Source: Callorhinchus milii (lineage: Eukaryota). From it: a stretch of DNA of 64,000 nucleotides. The notes under the pieces are model-generated. The model worked only from the letters and a program-made list of their open reading frames with translations, was not told where the DNA came from and ran no database searches. This document shows positions 25,499 through 40,309 of this stretch, one piece after another. The DNA lies in the NCBI RefSeq assembly GCF_018977255.1, contig NW_024704742.1, positions 126,544,001-126,608,000 of the forward strand. Direction: 5' to 3'. Every line of letters begins with the position of its first letter. The stretch's first letter is position 1. The position numbers were made by a program, and so were the translations under genes.

Positions 25499-25778
25499 GA
25501 ATGCTCAAGGACGGATATTAAATTGTAGTTGGATTATGATGGGAACATCTGGTGAAGATCCTTTATTTAGCGAGTGTTGGTTTGGGTTGTTGGGCTTTCT
25601 GGAGAAGCTGTGCCAAGGTTTTCCGCAGATACTTTTGGAAATGTTGGTATTCAAATCAGAACATAAATATTATTTTGACAGGTATGAATGAATTTCGTTC
25701 TCCTCCACTGTTGTTGTTACAGGTTGTACAATGGGACTATTACTGATAGTGACAAATTAATGAGCAACTGTCCTCTCA

Positions 25779-26312
<534 letters not shown>

Positions 26313-26499
26313 CTAATATTCACAATGATGGTTCCACACAATAAGCCTGACTCAGTTGGTACAATACAACAACAAAATGACATTTGTAAAGCGCCTTTCA
26401 CATTGGGAGGACGTCCCCAAGGCGCTGAACAGTCAGGGATTAGGACCAGAGCAAAAAAGGGGGGGGGGGAGAGCGGGTAATTCTTGCCTCAGGACTTTG

Positions 26500-26895
26500 A
26501 GATCAGGACTTTGAGCTCATGGCCTAGGCTAACACTTCAGTTTAGTGTTGAGGGAGTGTTGGAAGTGTCAGAGGTGTCGTCCTTCAGATGGGACATTAAA
26601 TTGAGATCATACCTGTCTGTTCAGGTGAATGTTAAAAGAACCCTATGACACTATTCAAAAAGAGAAGGGAGTTTCTCCCAGTATCTTAACTGACAATCCA
26701 CCAGATAATATTAGTGTTTCACCTCCTCAATGTTTGTGGGACATTGCTGTGGGTAAATTATTTGCTGAGTCTGCCTACAAACACACAGTTACTACACTTG
26801 ACAGGAATTAATGTGAAGTGCTTCAAGACATTCCACCAAGCTAGTGCTGTATGAAATGCAAGGTTATTATACTACTATTATTTTTATTATTATTA
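26500..26895 (+). mobile_element. Old Deu SINE
   Basis: tgagggagtgtt...gtcagaggtgtcgtccttcagatg...ctattcaaaaagag...tgtgggacattgctgtg. Confidence 0.75.
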
Positions 26896-27739
26896 TTTAT
26901 CCCATTACTGGTACAGCACAAAGTAGTCATGACTTGATGAATAATTGCAGAAGAAGCTTGTTAATGGGTATGTTTATCTATTGTCGAAAATGATCAGGTA
27001 TCAAATTAATTCCCTGGACAAACTGCAATATGTACAGAATAAGAATGGAATGGAATAAAGTGACAGTTTTGCCAATCGCTCGAGTGTTAAGAGCGCCTTG
27101 AGACGTACTCCCAACGTGAAAGGCGCTCTATAAATGCAATTTGTTGTTGTTGTTTATTGTATTGTCCTACTAAGAGATTTGTATGTATCAGACAGACTGA
27201 CTAAGCACTGAGTAGGGAACTATAGCTGTGTCTCCCAAGTTTTAATTTACAACCATATGCGTCAGTCCAAAAAAACTAACTGTACTATATGGCCATAATT
27301 CACAACTGAGAGAGAAATGCATAGCCAAGAATTCAGCCAAATGCATTTTTAAATATGCTAGTTTGACATTTTTTGCACAGGCCTAATAAAAGTTTCCCAA
27401 AGTTAATAAAGTTTGACCTATCAGATTACTCACAAAAATAAAAATGTTTTCAAAAAAGTTCAGCTCGGGAAATATGCAAATAAAAATGCCTATGAAACCA
27501 CAAAACTGAAGTCACTCAACTCCACCCCCCCCTCAAAAAAAATACTAAATGGTTTAGTGCATCTTGAAAGGCACTAGAGAACTCAAATTACATGTGACAG
27601 CTGCTGTAGTGAGCCACAGCTAACCAGAGTATAATTCACACAGCGCAAGACATGTTCTTAGCCCTCAAGTCTTTCAGGGTTCAGTCATTCTGCATCAAAT
27701 TTGAAAGAAATTAGTAAATTAACAGAGCAGTAAGTGTAG

Positions 27740-27887
27740 ATTGTTTCAATAACAAATTAGATAGATTTCCTTCAGGAAATAATATCTTGGGATACAGGAC
27801 ACATGACATGTGCATGCGACTGCCAGGATGGTTGGAAGGCGAACTTGATGGACCTCGGTCTTTTGCCTGGCAAATTCTTATGTTCTA
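27740..27887 (+). mobile_element. CR1 3' end (same family as 41290 and 43710)
   Basis: gaaggcgaacttgatggacctcggtc...ttcttatgttc. Confidence 0.75.
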
Positions 27888-28009
27888 ACTCAAATTACAA
27901 GCATTTCCTACGGTAATCCTGCAATTCTAGTCACACTGCATAGCTCATGGTCATTGAGAAGTTGTTGCATTTTGCAAGGGTAACTATAACAGTAACTTCA
28001 GCACTGCTG

Positions 28010-28554
<545 letters not shown>

Positions 28555-28689
28555 TCAGGGAAGGTCTTGCTTTCTTATTTGGGTGAAAAATCTGCCGGTC
28601 GCTCAAATTACCAAAAATTCCCTAGGTTTGGAATGGAATACCAGGAGGGACACACCCTGCTTACCCATTTCAGGAAAGTATTAGGCGCA

Positions 28690-28980
28690 GTTTCGCCAAG
28701 AGCCTAGGATCGGGGACCTCAGAGCGTGCTTCAGGATACAGCTATCAGTTATAACCACAGATCTTGCCATTAAAGAGCACTGTTTGGCAAGCCTCTGGCT
28801 GCTTGACCAGCCAGAACCACCTGAACCATTAGAAGTTTGGTTTGCCAGTTTAACAGGAGCTGAGTGGAAGGAATCCTTGCTCCAAGTGACTGGTCTGACC
28901 CTGCAAGTCCTGCCAATAAGCAAGGCTGGATGATTTGTCATGAATAGTGCCTTGGAATACTGCGGACCACCCCGACTCAA
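28690..28980 (-). repeat. Unclassified dispersed repeat, copy 1
   Basis: Reverse complement aligns with 32985-33210 and 42998-43260. Confidence 0.75.
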
Positions 28981-30811
28981 AAACTCGACAACCTACAAAG
29001 TCAAACTTGGTTCTAATATCCCACTGTTAGATACATCACCTTGGAGCCAATTCAGCCACCCCCCACCCCTCCCAATTAGGCTGAAATCTTAATTGCCTTT
29101 TGTGTCTTTATCACTTTGAGGACAGAGACTTTTCCAATGCCCTCCTTCCTCCCCGGCTCGCTACCTCCATCTCAAGTTCTCTTATAAGCTAAGCTCCATA
29201 CACTGACTTGTCATGGTACACTGGCTCCCAGCCACCTCAGCAGATGGCCTTTAAAATCCTTGTCCTGACTGGCAGATTCCTCCATCGTCTCTGGAACTGA
29301 CTTGGAAACAGATCAGCTTTAGAATTGTACTTGTGGCATTTAGTTCAGATTCATTTCAGATGGATGGAGTACTGTCCGCCAGTGGATGGATAGCAACCAT
29401 GCGTTGACAAAAAGGTATTAATAAGATTTATAGCACAACAGTTTACCAAGATTTAGTGTTCTTTGTGTAGATTACACACCAGTATATTTCATACTCTTGT
29501 TCCAGGAATAATTTGGATTTTTTCTTTTTTTAAAAAACAATGGGTAGTGGAGGGGCAGGGGGAGAGAAGATTCGACTTAGGGGGATGGAAAACACTGTCC
29601 AAAAATCAACAGTGTTTTTAAATACTTTGAAAAAGCACAGGAAAAAACAGATTTGGTTCTGTTACAACTACAATGAAGGCCCTAAATGAAGTAAGAGAGC
29701 TGTGTACTCTTTCAGAAATAAGACAGTTTCATTACTTTTAAAACAAATAGCTCTCTAACACGTTTCAACAATGGGGTGAAGAATACTGACGGAAAATTTA
29801 TTTCATAGCAGAAAAGCATTGTAACAAATTTTGACAGTCTTTAACAATAGGGGGACCTTTGTATCTCTTTGATCTAATGAGTTATTGGGGCATCATTAAT
29901 ACTTTGCAGGTTGGATGATTTAATAACAAAGCTAACAGGGATGAGCACAAACCAATACACTCAAGGTTTTCTGCTCAAATGCTTCTAATGTGCTGCAGAT
30001 GCTCACAGGCCAGATTTTTTTTAAAAAAATTGACTGCAATTCCTATAAATGTGGTGCAGGTACTTTATCGCACGCACGCATTTCGAAATTTGACAGAACA
30101 CTGGTCTGCACAGTACAAAAACAAAATATTTGAAGGCACTAATCAAATAAAAGGTCTGGAATACAAATTTTCATTCAGCCAGCTTGTATTCTTCTGGGAA
30201 ACTCACAAATATTAACAACTGTTACATCCGGAGTGTGGTTGTAAATGTACAACAATTATAGCAGGTAAAGTAGCCACCAAAACTCAAAGCACTGCTGGGC
30301 GGTAGTCTGTGAACATGCTGCTTTGCTCTGCACAAGACAGATGTTGTAGTAAGTAATATTACAAGGAACTTTATCCAAACACCACCAGGTCTTTCTATGA
30401 CATTCATTAGTTTTCGATTGAATAAAATGTCTGAGGACGTGCACAGATTCTGATTGCGCAATGAATACCAAGAGTTGGACGTAAATGTGTCAGGCTCAGA
30501 ATTGGCTTCTGCACCAGCTACCACAATACTACTCTGTACTCCCTTATCATATGGAAGCCTGGCTATCAAACATGGTTTGAATCTGCCAGACATTATAACT
30601 GGAGTGCGTGGCTGGCTTTTTTTGGTCTGACACATGCAGAAACACATCACCATACTTAAAGAGTATCCAAACCAGACAAAGTTCTACATACGTTATGGCA
30701 CATACACATGGAAATCTCTCCTGTGTCTGGAATAGAATGACTGCACAACAAATGTGGAAAATAACCTATCAATTGTTAATAAACTAAATATTTAATCTGG
30801 ATGGTACATAC

Positions 30812-30893
30812 CGAACGTTCTTTCCTTGTTTTATTAGAAGTTGGACAAGTTCAGCAATGGGGTACTGAGCCTTGGCAGCACAAAGCCCATAAC
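30812..30893 (-). CDS. NNT: NNT coding exon (~19), 82 bp, [27 protein letters not shown](R)
   Basis: ttacag|GT and CG|gtatgt borders; manual translation. Confidence 0.97.
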
Positions 30894-31129
30894 CTGTAAG
30901 AAGAAAATAATATGTAATTATCCTTGCATTTGGTGTAGAGCCTTTCAAATCAGGAGGATGTCTGAAAGTGCTTCACAGTATATATTGTAAAAGTCTAGTG
31001 ACTATATTTGTGGGCAAATAATTTAGGATCAGTCACTAAATATAAGGGATTTTTTTTAGAAACTGAGCACTACTACACAATTTCAATTTACTTGAATAAC
31101 TGGTCTTTTAAAAACTCATTACTAAATTA

Positions 31130-31580
31130 AATCATAGAAGTTTATAGCACAGTGAGGGCCATTCGGCCCATTGTGGCTGTGGAAAGAGCTAATCAATTAG
31201 TTCCACTCTTTCCTCAGAGCCTGGCAATTTTTCCTTTTTCAAGTATATATCCAATTCTCTTTTGAAAGTTATTATTAAATCGGCTTCCACCACCCTTTCA
31301 GGCAGTGCATTCCAGATCATAACAACTCAATATGTAAAAAAAAAAACTCTCCTCATCTCCCCTCTAGTTCTTTTGCCAATTATCTTAAATCTGTGTCCAA
31401 TGGTTCATAGAATCTTACAGCACAGAAGGAGGCCATTCGGTCCACCGTGCCTGAGCCAGCTCTTTGAAAGATCAAAGAGTTACCGACCCATTAGAAACAG
31501 TTTCTCCTTCGCTATCAAAATCCCTCATAATTGGGATTAAATCTCCACTTAACCTTCTCTGCAGTAAGAAGAGTAATCCT
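31130..31580 (-). mobile_element. CR1 3' fragments (two tails)
   Basis: atcatagaa...ggccattcggccc at ~31130 and ~31405, plus ggcagtgcattccagatc. Confidence 0.8.
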
Positions 31581-32104
31581 TGTTCATCCTTAAACATAGG
31601 ATTAATAACAAATTTCACAACTATGAAAACAGTTTACATAGTTGCTTTTCATTTTGCATTTTTGTATACAATCTGTTTGTGCCAAAAGTCCCATCGGTCA
31701 TTATTAACATCTTTGTATTTTTACATGCCAAAAGAGAACACTAGCTAAATAAAAATCAGAAGATATTTTATTCAAAAAAACATACACACACACACACACA
31801 TAAATAAGCCTTAACAGAGAAGGAAATGTGCCAAATCCAACATGGTTAATGCTGTGTGCATTTTTTTAAATACAAAATAAATAATTCTTAGAAAGGTCTC
31901 AAGCATGGTTTCACACGGCAACTTTATGCAAAAAGAAGACAGACAACATGTTGCAATATGGAAGTCAACCAAGCAACAAGCAAGGTTGTTGACCACATAA
32001 ATTCAAAGCCATCTGAAGCAACACTAAATCCAAAGTTTCCTTTTAAAAGTATGATGAACACATTTTGACCAGAATTGAAGTTGACTTCTTATCTAAGCGC
32101 TGAC

Positions 32105-32264
32105 CTGGAGTGATGATAATGCTGTTGGCTTCTTTAATCATTTCAACTGTCTGGTCCAAGTTAACTTCCGAGTGGGTGCCAGTGATCGCCATTGGTTTAC
32201 CACCACCAGTAGTTGAGGTACCATAGCCTCCAAGGATCACATTGGTTAAAGAGCGGTTCATGGC
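32105..32264 (-). CDS. NNT: NNT coding exon (~18), 160 bp, [15 protein letters not shown]...ANSIIITP
   Basis: ORF 32043..32261; ttgtag|GCC and G|gtcagc borders. Confidence 0.98.
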
Positions 32265-32984
32265 CTACAAACAAACAAACACAAAAAAAACTATTTTGTT
32301 CCCTTTGTTTTATAAAGGTGCTTTTTGCTTGTGATATCACACCAAAATGCCTTGTGCTTGATGAGAATTTGGCGAGTGGGTGAAAATGAGAGGACATTAC
32401 AAGGTGATTGACCTGACCTTGGTAAAGCAACAAAAGCACGCCTCCCTGTGGCTGTTCTGCACAACTGCAATAAACAAGCAGCTCATAATAATAATCCTTG
32501 CACTTGATCCTTTCACGTCGTCAAGAAGTCTCAAAACCCTTCACAGGACTTTACCATAAAGTGGTCAACTGTATTTTGCAAGTGAACGCAGTGACTATTT
32601 TGCAACAACAACTACTTGCATTTATGCAGTGCCCCTCACGCAGGATAGCGTCCCAGAGCTCTCGACAGTGAAGGAACACAACGATAGGGGGAGGGGGTGT
32701 GACCGTAGGCATGGTCGAAGAAGAAGGTCTTCAGACATGACCTGAAGATGGGGAAGGAAGGGGCAAGGCAGAGGGATAGAGGAAGAGTGTTGCACACAGC
32801 AATGCCCCACACACAGCCATTAAGTGAATGACTAATTTCATGTGTCAGTGGAGATGAAAATGCATCTACTGGGAAATTTAAAAAAATAATAGCACCTTGA
32901 CAATGAAACAATTAGGTTAGGATGTAAGATAAACCTAATGCAAAGCACCCCACATGGAGGGGAAAGGGAAGAGAAGAGGTAGCT

Positions 32985-33210
32985 CGAAGCTGACATGATT
33001 GGCAATGGAATGTCAGAATCGGATAACCCCTCTCTGGTGGTCTTGGTAATCTGGTTCCTGAGCCAGGCAAATCCACAGTATATCAGGGAACTGCTGATGA
33101 CAGATCAGCCAGCCTGGTACGTTGGCAGGATTTGGAGGGGCAAACCAGTCATTGGGAGCAGGGATTCTTCCCATTCGGCTCCTGTTAAGTCTGTCAAGAG
33201 ATTGTTAACT
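32985..33210 (+). repeat. Unclassified dispersed repeat, copy 2
   Basis: aagctgacatgattggcaatggaatgtcagaatcg...ttggcaggatttggagggg. Confidence 0.8.
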
Positions 33211-33610
33211 GAGGTCCCATCTACTTGTTTTGTTGGTGGATGTTAAAGATCCCAGGTCATTTCTTGAAAGACAAGGAAGTTTCTCCTAGGATTATGGTTA
33301 ACAATCCTCTTCCAGATGAAGTTGGTCATTCACTCCATGGCTGATTGTGGGACATTGTTGTGTACAAATTGGCTGCCTTGTTCAATTGGCAACATAATTC
33401 ACACCCACAACTGTTGAGATCCTGTGAATCACCCTGAGATGTCCTGACGTAAAACGTGTTATACCAAATGCAAGGATTATCATCGTCAACATCTTGGGAA
33501 AAGGAAGGAAAATCCTGAAATTCAAGAAGTACTCAACCAAGCGACTGATTGCAGCCTCGAGACAGCAGTGTTGTTGCTTGCAACTGAAATGAAAGAAATC
33601 CATCCCTTAC

Positions 33611-33790
33611 CACACACATGATGTAGGAGAGGATGGCACCAGAAGAGCCGATCAGGGCACCAACGACAGTCAGCAGATTGTTGTTGAGCAGGAACCCTTC
33701 TGCGCACAGGGCCCAGCCTGAATAACTGTTCAGCACAGTGATGACCACAGGCATGTCAGCACCACCAATAGCAGCTGTCAGAGTCACTCC
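33611..33790 (-). CDS. NNT: NNT coding exon (~17), 180 bp, [33 protein letters not shown]...SYIMCV
   Basis: ORF 33533..33787; ctgtag|GGA and GTG|gtaagg borders. Confidence 0.98.
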
Positions 33791-33929
33791 CTACAGGAGA
33801 GGAGAATAATTGAATAATTGATGAATTGCAGAGAGATACCAGCAACATCACAACACAAAAAACTTAAAACGTGTGGAATCCAAAGAAGTTTAAAAAAAAA
33901 GTCTAATTCTGTGCCACTAAATGTCTAGA

Positions 33930-34093
33930 AACTCTCGCTGGGCCGGGCCTAGCTGGGCTGCGGCTTCCTGTGCAAGAAGAGGCAGCTTGATGACCGGAAA
34001 TGGAACCGGCAGCCATTTTTTTCATTGATGCGTTACAACAATGCATCTAAATTTTATGGATTCAAATCCCCGCGTTATGACTGAATCACCTCG
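33930..34093. mobile_element. Half copy of the Tc1/mariner-like MITE family
   Basis: tgaccggaaat...gccattttt core and ttttatggat...cgcgttat end, shared with 53538, 61540 and 62687. Confidence 0.55.
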
Positions 34094-34150
34094 TACAAAA
34101 ACAAACACAAAACTGTACCCCAAGTGCCCAGTGTCTGGTACGACACGTAC

Positions 34151-34311
34151 CATAACAGCAGAAAGAGCAGACACTGAACCCAAACAAGTGATACCAGTTG
34201 TATAGCTCGGGTCCATCATATATGGAATAATTCCTCCGACGCTGGCTGCCATCAAACCTGCATTCAGAACATGACGGCCTGGTATATGGACTGGGGCCGA
34301 ATTCAAAATAC
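34151..34311 (-). CDS. NNT: NNT coding exon (~16), 161 bp, [19 protein letters not shown]...SALSAVM
   Basis: ORF 34022..34333; ttgcag|GT and ATG|gtacgt borders. Confidence 0.98.
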
Positions 34312-35167
34312 CTGCAACAGCAAAAGAAAACAAAAGTGATCAGTCAGTTCAAATAACTACTGGTCCTGGTCATCTTAATGTTTTACCCTACCATCCTGTT
34401 CATTCCCTCCGCTCAGCGGGCTCTGGTCTGCTTCACGTCCCCGCCTTGCTCGTCCTACTATTGGCGGACGGGGCTTCTGTCACTCTGTACCCACCCTCTG
34501 AAACTCCATCCTGCAGTCTCACCATCTCACCCCTTTCAAGACCCACCTCAAGACTATCCTCTTCGACCGTGCTTTCGATCTCCCGTATGATAGTTTGGTA
34601 CAAATGGTCACGGTTTGTCAGCAACAAACACTTTTCAATCTACATTCTATAAAATAAAACAAGTTAACTGCACAGCACACTCACTGTCCAGCTATGACCG
34701 CCACACCCGTGGGGGATGGGATGGGGGATAAATACACTTCCAATTCTGCCTGAGTTACCAAAGATGCCCATTCAGATTTGAACGACGTAAACATTTAACA
34801 CGTCATGCCACAGGAACACACTTATCAGAAAAACAGACACTGGGTTGCTTTTAACTTGAGGGCTCCTCACTTCTGGGCATGCCCTGATTCCCTCCTCTTC
34901 CTCACCACACTCTTCTACTTTGAATGTTTACCCAAATAAATAAATTATAAATGTTAAGGCCTCTGTGCAAAAATTGCTGAGATTTATATATCAAAAAGAG
35001 TGCCCGAATCTGATTGCTGCAAAAGATTTACAGGCTGTGGGCTGTATCAGTTTGAGAACAAACATAGTATGAATTTAGCACATTGAGCAGCAGTTGCAGA
35101 TGTAGTATTGACAAGACCTTGGAGGGATGTCCCAAGGCGCTGAAATATATGTATGTAATAATATGTA

Positions 35168-35582
35168 ATAACAACAACAACAAGATTGCATTTATAGAGC
35201 GCCTTTCACGTCGGGAGGACGTCCCAAGGAGCTGGACAGTTGGGTCGGGACCCGAGCAGGGGGGAAATGGTCAGGGTGAGGGGAGGGAAGGGAGGGAGCG
35301 AGGAGGGGGTAGAGAGGAGAGCTGAAGGCACAGCTGAAGAGAAAGGTCTTGAGACCGGCCTTGAAGGAGGAAAGGGAGGAGGCAAGGCGAAGGTACTGGG
35401 GGATGGAGTTCCAGAGCCTAGGCCACCGATGGTAGGGCGGTTAGGGCGGGGTACGTGGAGCAGACCAGAGCCAGAGGAACGGAGGGTACGGGCAGGTAAG
35501 TAGAGGGGCTAGTAGGTCGGAGAGGTAGGAGGGAGCAAGGCCGTGAATGGCCTTGTAGGTGAGGATGACGATCTTGAATTCA
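35168..35582 (-). mobile_element. Young L2 3' fragment
   Basis: FKIVILTYKAIHGLAPSYLSDLL; near-identical to 49820-50300. Confidence 0.92.
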
Positions 35583-36331
35583 AGCCTGATAGATAGTATG
35601 TTACAACACAAAGTCAATGCTACCCAACTCTCTGATTGTACCTCTAGGTGTTCAAACAGCTTTCTTACAAAACAGGTAAGGGGAGAAAAAGGTGAGTGCA
35701 CACATGAGAGAAAAAATGAGAAAGAAAGAAAAGGAGAGTATGTTAGTCTGCTAAATTCTGCAGTTGGGAACCTCCATCTGAAACATACAATATAATCAGT
35801 TTCAACATCCAATTTGTTCTTGCAGGTGGCTAAGATTGCCTTCATGAAGTCAAAAACCAACATTTTTTGTACTTGTTTAATTTTACTGCTAGTCGAGGTC
35901 TAAAAATCAGCTCAGAAACCAACTGTGGCTTTCAGCATGGAAAAAAACAATTAAGATGAGCTTCAATATTGTCACTTCTCTTCTCACTCCCACCTCCCCC
36001 AACTGCTTCAGCATTATCAATTGGTTTCAGCATATATCCTAAGTGCAACATCATGCATCTTTTGAAGCCAAGTTGTTTATCAGTCCACATTCAGCCTAAA
36101 GTACCCATATCTCAGAAAAATACCAATATAAAATGCAACAGACAAAGTACAAGACCTTGCAATACCTCATCGACATAGATCAAATATACAACAACTAAAG
36201 TTTACCTGAGAATTTGACTCCACTATCTGATCTCTTTTTGCTTTTTCTTCAAATATCCGTTAACTCAATTTTCTTCTGAAGGACGGTACAACGTACATAC
36301 ATTTAAAATGTGACGTCTCTTAAGAACTCAC

Positions 36332-36565
36332 CTTGCAATTTGCCATAAGCAACGAGAGAGCCACTGAAGGTTACCCCGCCGATGTAGGTGCCGAGGTAGG
36401 CTATAATCTTGATGAGATTGGCTGCAGGGTTTGTGTCAAAGTGGGGGTATTCCACCATATACTCTGCTACACAGGTAAGCACAGCAGCTAGACCGACTAA
36501 ACTGTGGAAGGCAGCGACCAGCTGGGGAAGGTCAGAGATCTGGATACGCTTCGCAATGCCCAGTC
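36332..36565 (-). CDS. NNT: NNT coding exon (~15), 234 bp, [32 protein letters not shown]...[10 protein letters not shown]
   Basis: cacag|GA and G|gtgagt borders; contains the proton-channel His motif AAFHS. Confidence 0.97.
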
Positions 36566-37569
36566 CTGTGGGAGAATTTAGTGAGAGAAAAAAAAATTAA
36601 CAATGAAAACACATAAATACGCACGAGCACAACCCCTTACAGACGAACCCAATCAGGAAGACAGATAAAGTCAAGTTCCCTTTGCAAACAAGTTTGATCT
36701 ATTTTCAAATATTTCCTTGTTCACTCCAACAGCCTAGCACGCTGCGATAAGTAAGCTATTTCACTCATGAAACTATTTTGTTTTCTCCCAAGCTGCCAAA
36801 AGTGATTACTTGGCTATCCACGGTAACTACAATTGCTTTAAACAACTTTGAGAAAGTTCAAAATTGGCTCACAATAGATAAGGACCTGAGTGGTTTTCAG
36901 TAATTTCTAATTAAGTTTTTAAGCTTCACTTAACAAGCAAAGTCGCTCTGTAGCAGTTGGTGGGAACAGCAGAGGTCGTTCTTGAGGTAACACTGTGGAC
37001 ACGATGGTTAGAAAGCTGATCCGAAGCCCACAGATCAAAAGGGGCAAAGCACAAAATGTTCAAGGAGAAAACGAGGGGAGTGACGGACTGCAACAGGTCA
37101 TAAGTGATCAGGTTTAGCAAGAAAACAGCAAGAGTAGAAATGGGAGAATGAGAGTGGTGTCTGTTGTTGAGTTATGCTCTGAAGTACACGTCATTATGTT
37201 ATTGTTTCCTTTCTTTCCCCTCCTCCTACAAGACAGCTCGGACCTCAGCAGTGCCTACTTATCGCGACTTATTCTGGTCAATGCCTTGCTCTCTGAATGA
37301 CCTCCTAAAATCTTTCCACCTCACACTTTCCCTCCCCATCTTCAAATCCCTTCGAAAAACCCTCCCTCTTTGATTATCTCCCTCCTACTTCTTCCCTCCA
37401 CACCCATCATCCCACTTTGCTTACACCATCCCTACAAGGCACCTGAGGCATTATCCTACACAAAAAGGTGTTATGTTATGTGCTATACTCATACAAGGTG
37501 TGGTTATGATTTTAAAGTAACTTTAACATAGGAAGAGACACAAGCCCTGCCCGGCATGTATATACTCAC

Positions 37570-37765
37570 CAACTGTCCCACCAACAGCCATGGCACCAGA
37601 CATCTGAGCCAAGAGTTCAGGAGAGGGTTTGAGACCCCCGAGGGTAGCAGCAATACCTCCTGCCACACCAATCATCCCCAAACTATTGCCGAGACGCGCA
37701 GTCTTTTGAGTCGACAGCCCAGCCAGAGCTCCAACACAGCACAGACCTGACCCAAGATACATCAT
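37570..37765 (-). CDS. NNT: NNT coding exon (~14), 196 bp, [18 protein letters not shown]...AVGGTV
   Basis: ORF 37523..37813; atcag|ATG and G|gtgagt borders. Confidence 0.98.
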
Positions 37766-39284
37766 CTGATGGGGCGGAAAAAAAAAATACATTATTAAAT
37801 ACAACTCCTTCACACACCAATTGCCCCTAAAAAACGCAAAACGTATTCAATTTAATTTTAGATATTGTAAAGCCATCTCGTATTACTTCATAACTTACCA
37901 CCAACTTTTTAGCTGTTCCAGGTGAGAACTATGAAAACATGTCTATTATAAATATTTCCAGATCCCTATCTGTCCAGCGCCTTGAGACGCCCTCCCGACT
38001 TGAAAGACCCTATACAAATATAATTTTCTGTTTTCTGTTGTTATTATGCTTCTGAATATCAAGGGTATGTAAATATTATAACCTTATATTTGATGCAGTT
38101 TCACAGGAATTACTGTGAAGTATATTTTACAGATGAATATAATTACAAGTCTAAAGGAAAAGAATTTGCAGACATTCGAACAAAATTTAGTAATGCACCT
38201 TTTTCAAATGAGATTTTCACACAGTCGCATCGCTTTTAGACATCTTTCTCTGTCATTGGATGCTCCCAAACACTAATATTTCTTTTTGAACGAGGTCACA
38301 TTTTTTGAATATGAAAAGAAGATCTGCATCAAAATGATTTTTTTTTGTAAATTGTGTTCAAAGTTGTTGGAATAATGGCCACTTTAAGTTATTTACTGCC
38401 TGATCACCCTGGGGTAGAAATAGATTTAAGCTATTCAGGTAGAGCTTCAGAGTGTCCAAAAGTTGGCAAATTCTTAAATGCAGGCTTCATTTTGAAGCAG
38501 GTTTTCACCAAATTCTTTTAAGATCGACCGAATCCAGACTTCAAAGTTCAGACTGAATCCATCAATTCTGGGCACTTCAAAGGGAAATTGGATATTTACT
38601 TGAAAAGAAACAATTTGCAAGGCAATGGGGAAAGAGCAGGGGAGTGGGACTAGTTGGATAGCTCTTTCAACGAGCACAGGCACGATAGGCCAAATGGCCT
38701 TCTCTTGTGCTTTAGGATTCTATGAATAAATAAAGTAAATCAAAGTCCAGTTGGAATTCCTCCCCATCTATGTTCCAATCTGGGAGATCACCAGCCTCCA
38801 ACAAGAGATTTTCCCGAAATACATCACCTTTAACGCTGAATTTACATTTCAAACATGAGCTCTTTTGTGGACTTGTTTTCACTACCAAAACTCAAGTCTC
38901 AAGAAACTCTTGTGCCTCTTTTCTGTGTGAAGCTACTGACAAGAGAATCTAAACATACAGAAAAAGTACCAAACAGGGTTACAATCTAGAGATTGAATCA
39001 TCAGTACATTTTCTTTAATCCATTCATTAATGAAATAATGCTAGTCATGGGAACCTTGCGTTTATCTCTTCAGAGAAGTCAATACATTCAGTTGATTCAC
39101 ACTGAAGGGATCTCCTCATTGTGCATTTACTCTTTAGAGTGCAACCACGGAAGTGTAACTCCTATTCCCATCCACCCAAACGTTTACTAGTTATTTAGTC
39201 ACTAAATCAAAATTGTTGTTTGCTTCTAGAGACCAATCCCCTGTAAGTGGATCGCATTGCCCCAAGTCATTCCTCTGAAATTCC

Positions 39285-39716
39285 TCGCCAGACTGCACTG
39301 GCTGCCTGTCCCAGAGAGGATCGACTTCAAGATCCTCACCCTTGTTTTCAAATCCCTCCACTCCTCTGCACCCCCCTACCTCTCTGACCTCCTCTCTCCT
39401 CAAAACAGTGCCCATTGCCTTCGTTCCTCCGGGTCTGGCCTCCTCCTTGTCCCCCGAGTCCTCCGCTCCACCCTCAGTGGCCGTGCCTTCAGTCACTATG
39501 CCCTGAGGCTCTGGAACTCCCTTCCTCACTCCCTTCACCTCGCCCCCTCTCTTCCTATTTTCAGGTCTCTGCTGAAGACCTTTCTTTTCGACCGCGCCTT
39601 TGGTCACCTTCCTCCCCCTCCCCCTGGCTCAGCCCCGGGATCCGTTACTGAGAAGCGCTCTGAGACACCGTCTGGCGTGGAGGGCGCTATATAAATCCAA
39701 GTTGTTGTTGTTGTTG
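39285..39716 (+). mobile_element. L2 3' fragment with an intact C-terminal frame
   Basis: ORF 39257..39694: LHWLPVPERIDFKIL...GRAFSHYALRLWNSLP...LKTFLF; (ttg)n tail. Confidence 0.93.
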
Positions 39717-40309
39717 AAACAATGAACAGAGGGAATTCACCAGAGCTGCCCTTTAATTGTATAGTTCTTTCGAAGAGCCGGCATAGGCACAATGGGCTGA
39801 ATCCTTCTGTGCTGTAGGATTCTATGATTCTGTGAATTATGTTAACCTTTAGAGCACTACAAAGGTATATTTACATTGGGACACATTCTTTCCCAGAGTA
39901 CTGCCGATGTGCACAGTCCAGATTGGCTTCCACTCTCAGCTTTCTGCTAGTCTCACGTATGAAGATAGATAAGGATGTTGATGTGGGCGAAGCTGTCAAT
40001 CATCTGCCTTATAAGGTTTTCATTAGAGCCAATAAAATTTACTTTGAAAAAAAAAGATGCTTCCAAGCTGGAGGAGAGAAAAACAAAGGTGAGAAAAAGT
40101 AGGTTTACAAGTAGAAATAGTTAGAAACAAAACAAGAGGAAGAATAGACAGATAAAAGAAAACATTAAATAACAGGTCACAGAGAACAAGAAAGAAGGGG
40201 AAAGTGGAATGGAAAGAAGGGATGAAATGAGCACAGTAAAAATATTTAAATATTAGTTTTCAAGTTAGGGGGTGTTGCATTTATTTTAGCGATTTAGGGT
40301 TCAAATTAT

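Noticed and set aside
30222..30653. 143-aa intronic ORF (also 50637..51140 and 59652..60119)
   Set aside because: No recognisable homology or coding-like composition, and NNT splices completely without them.
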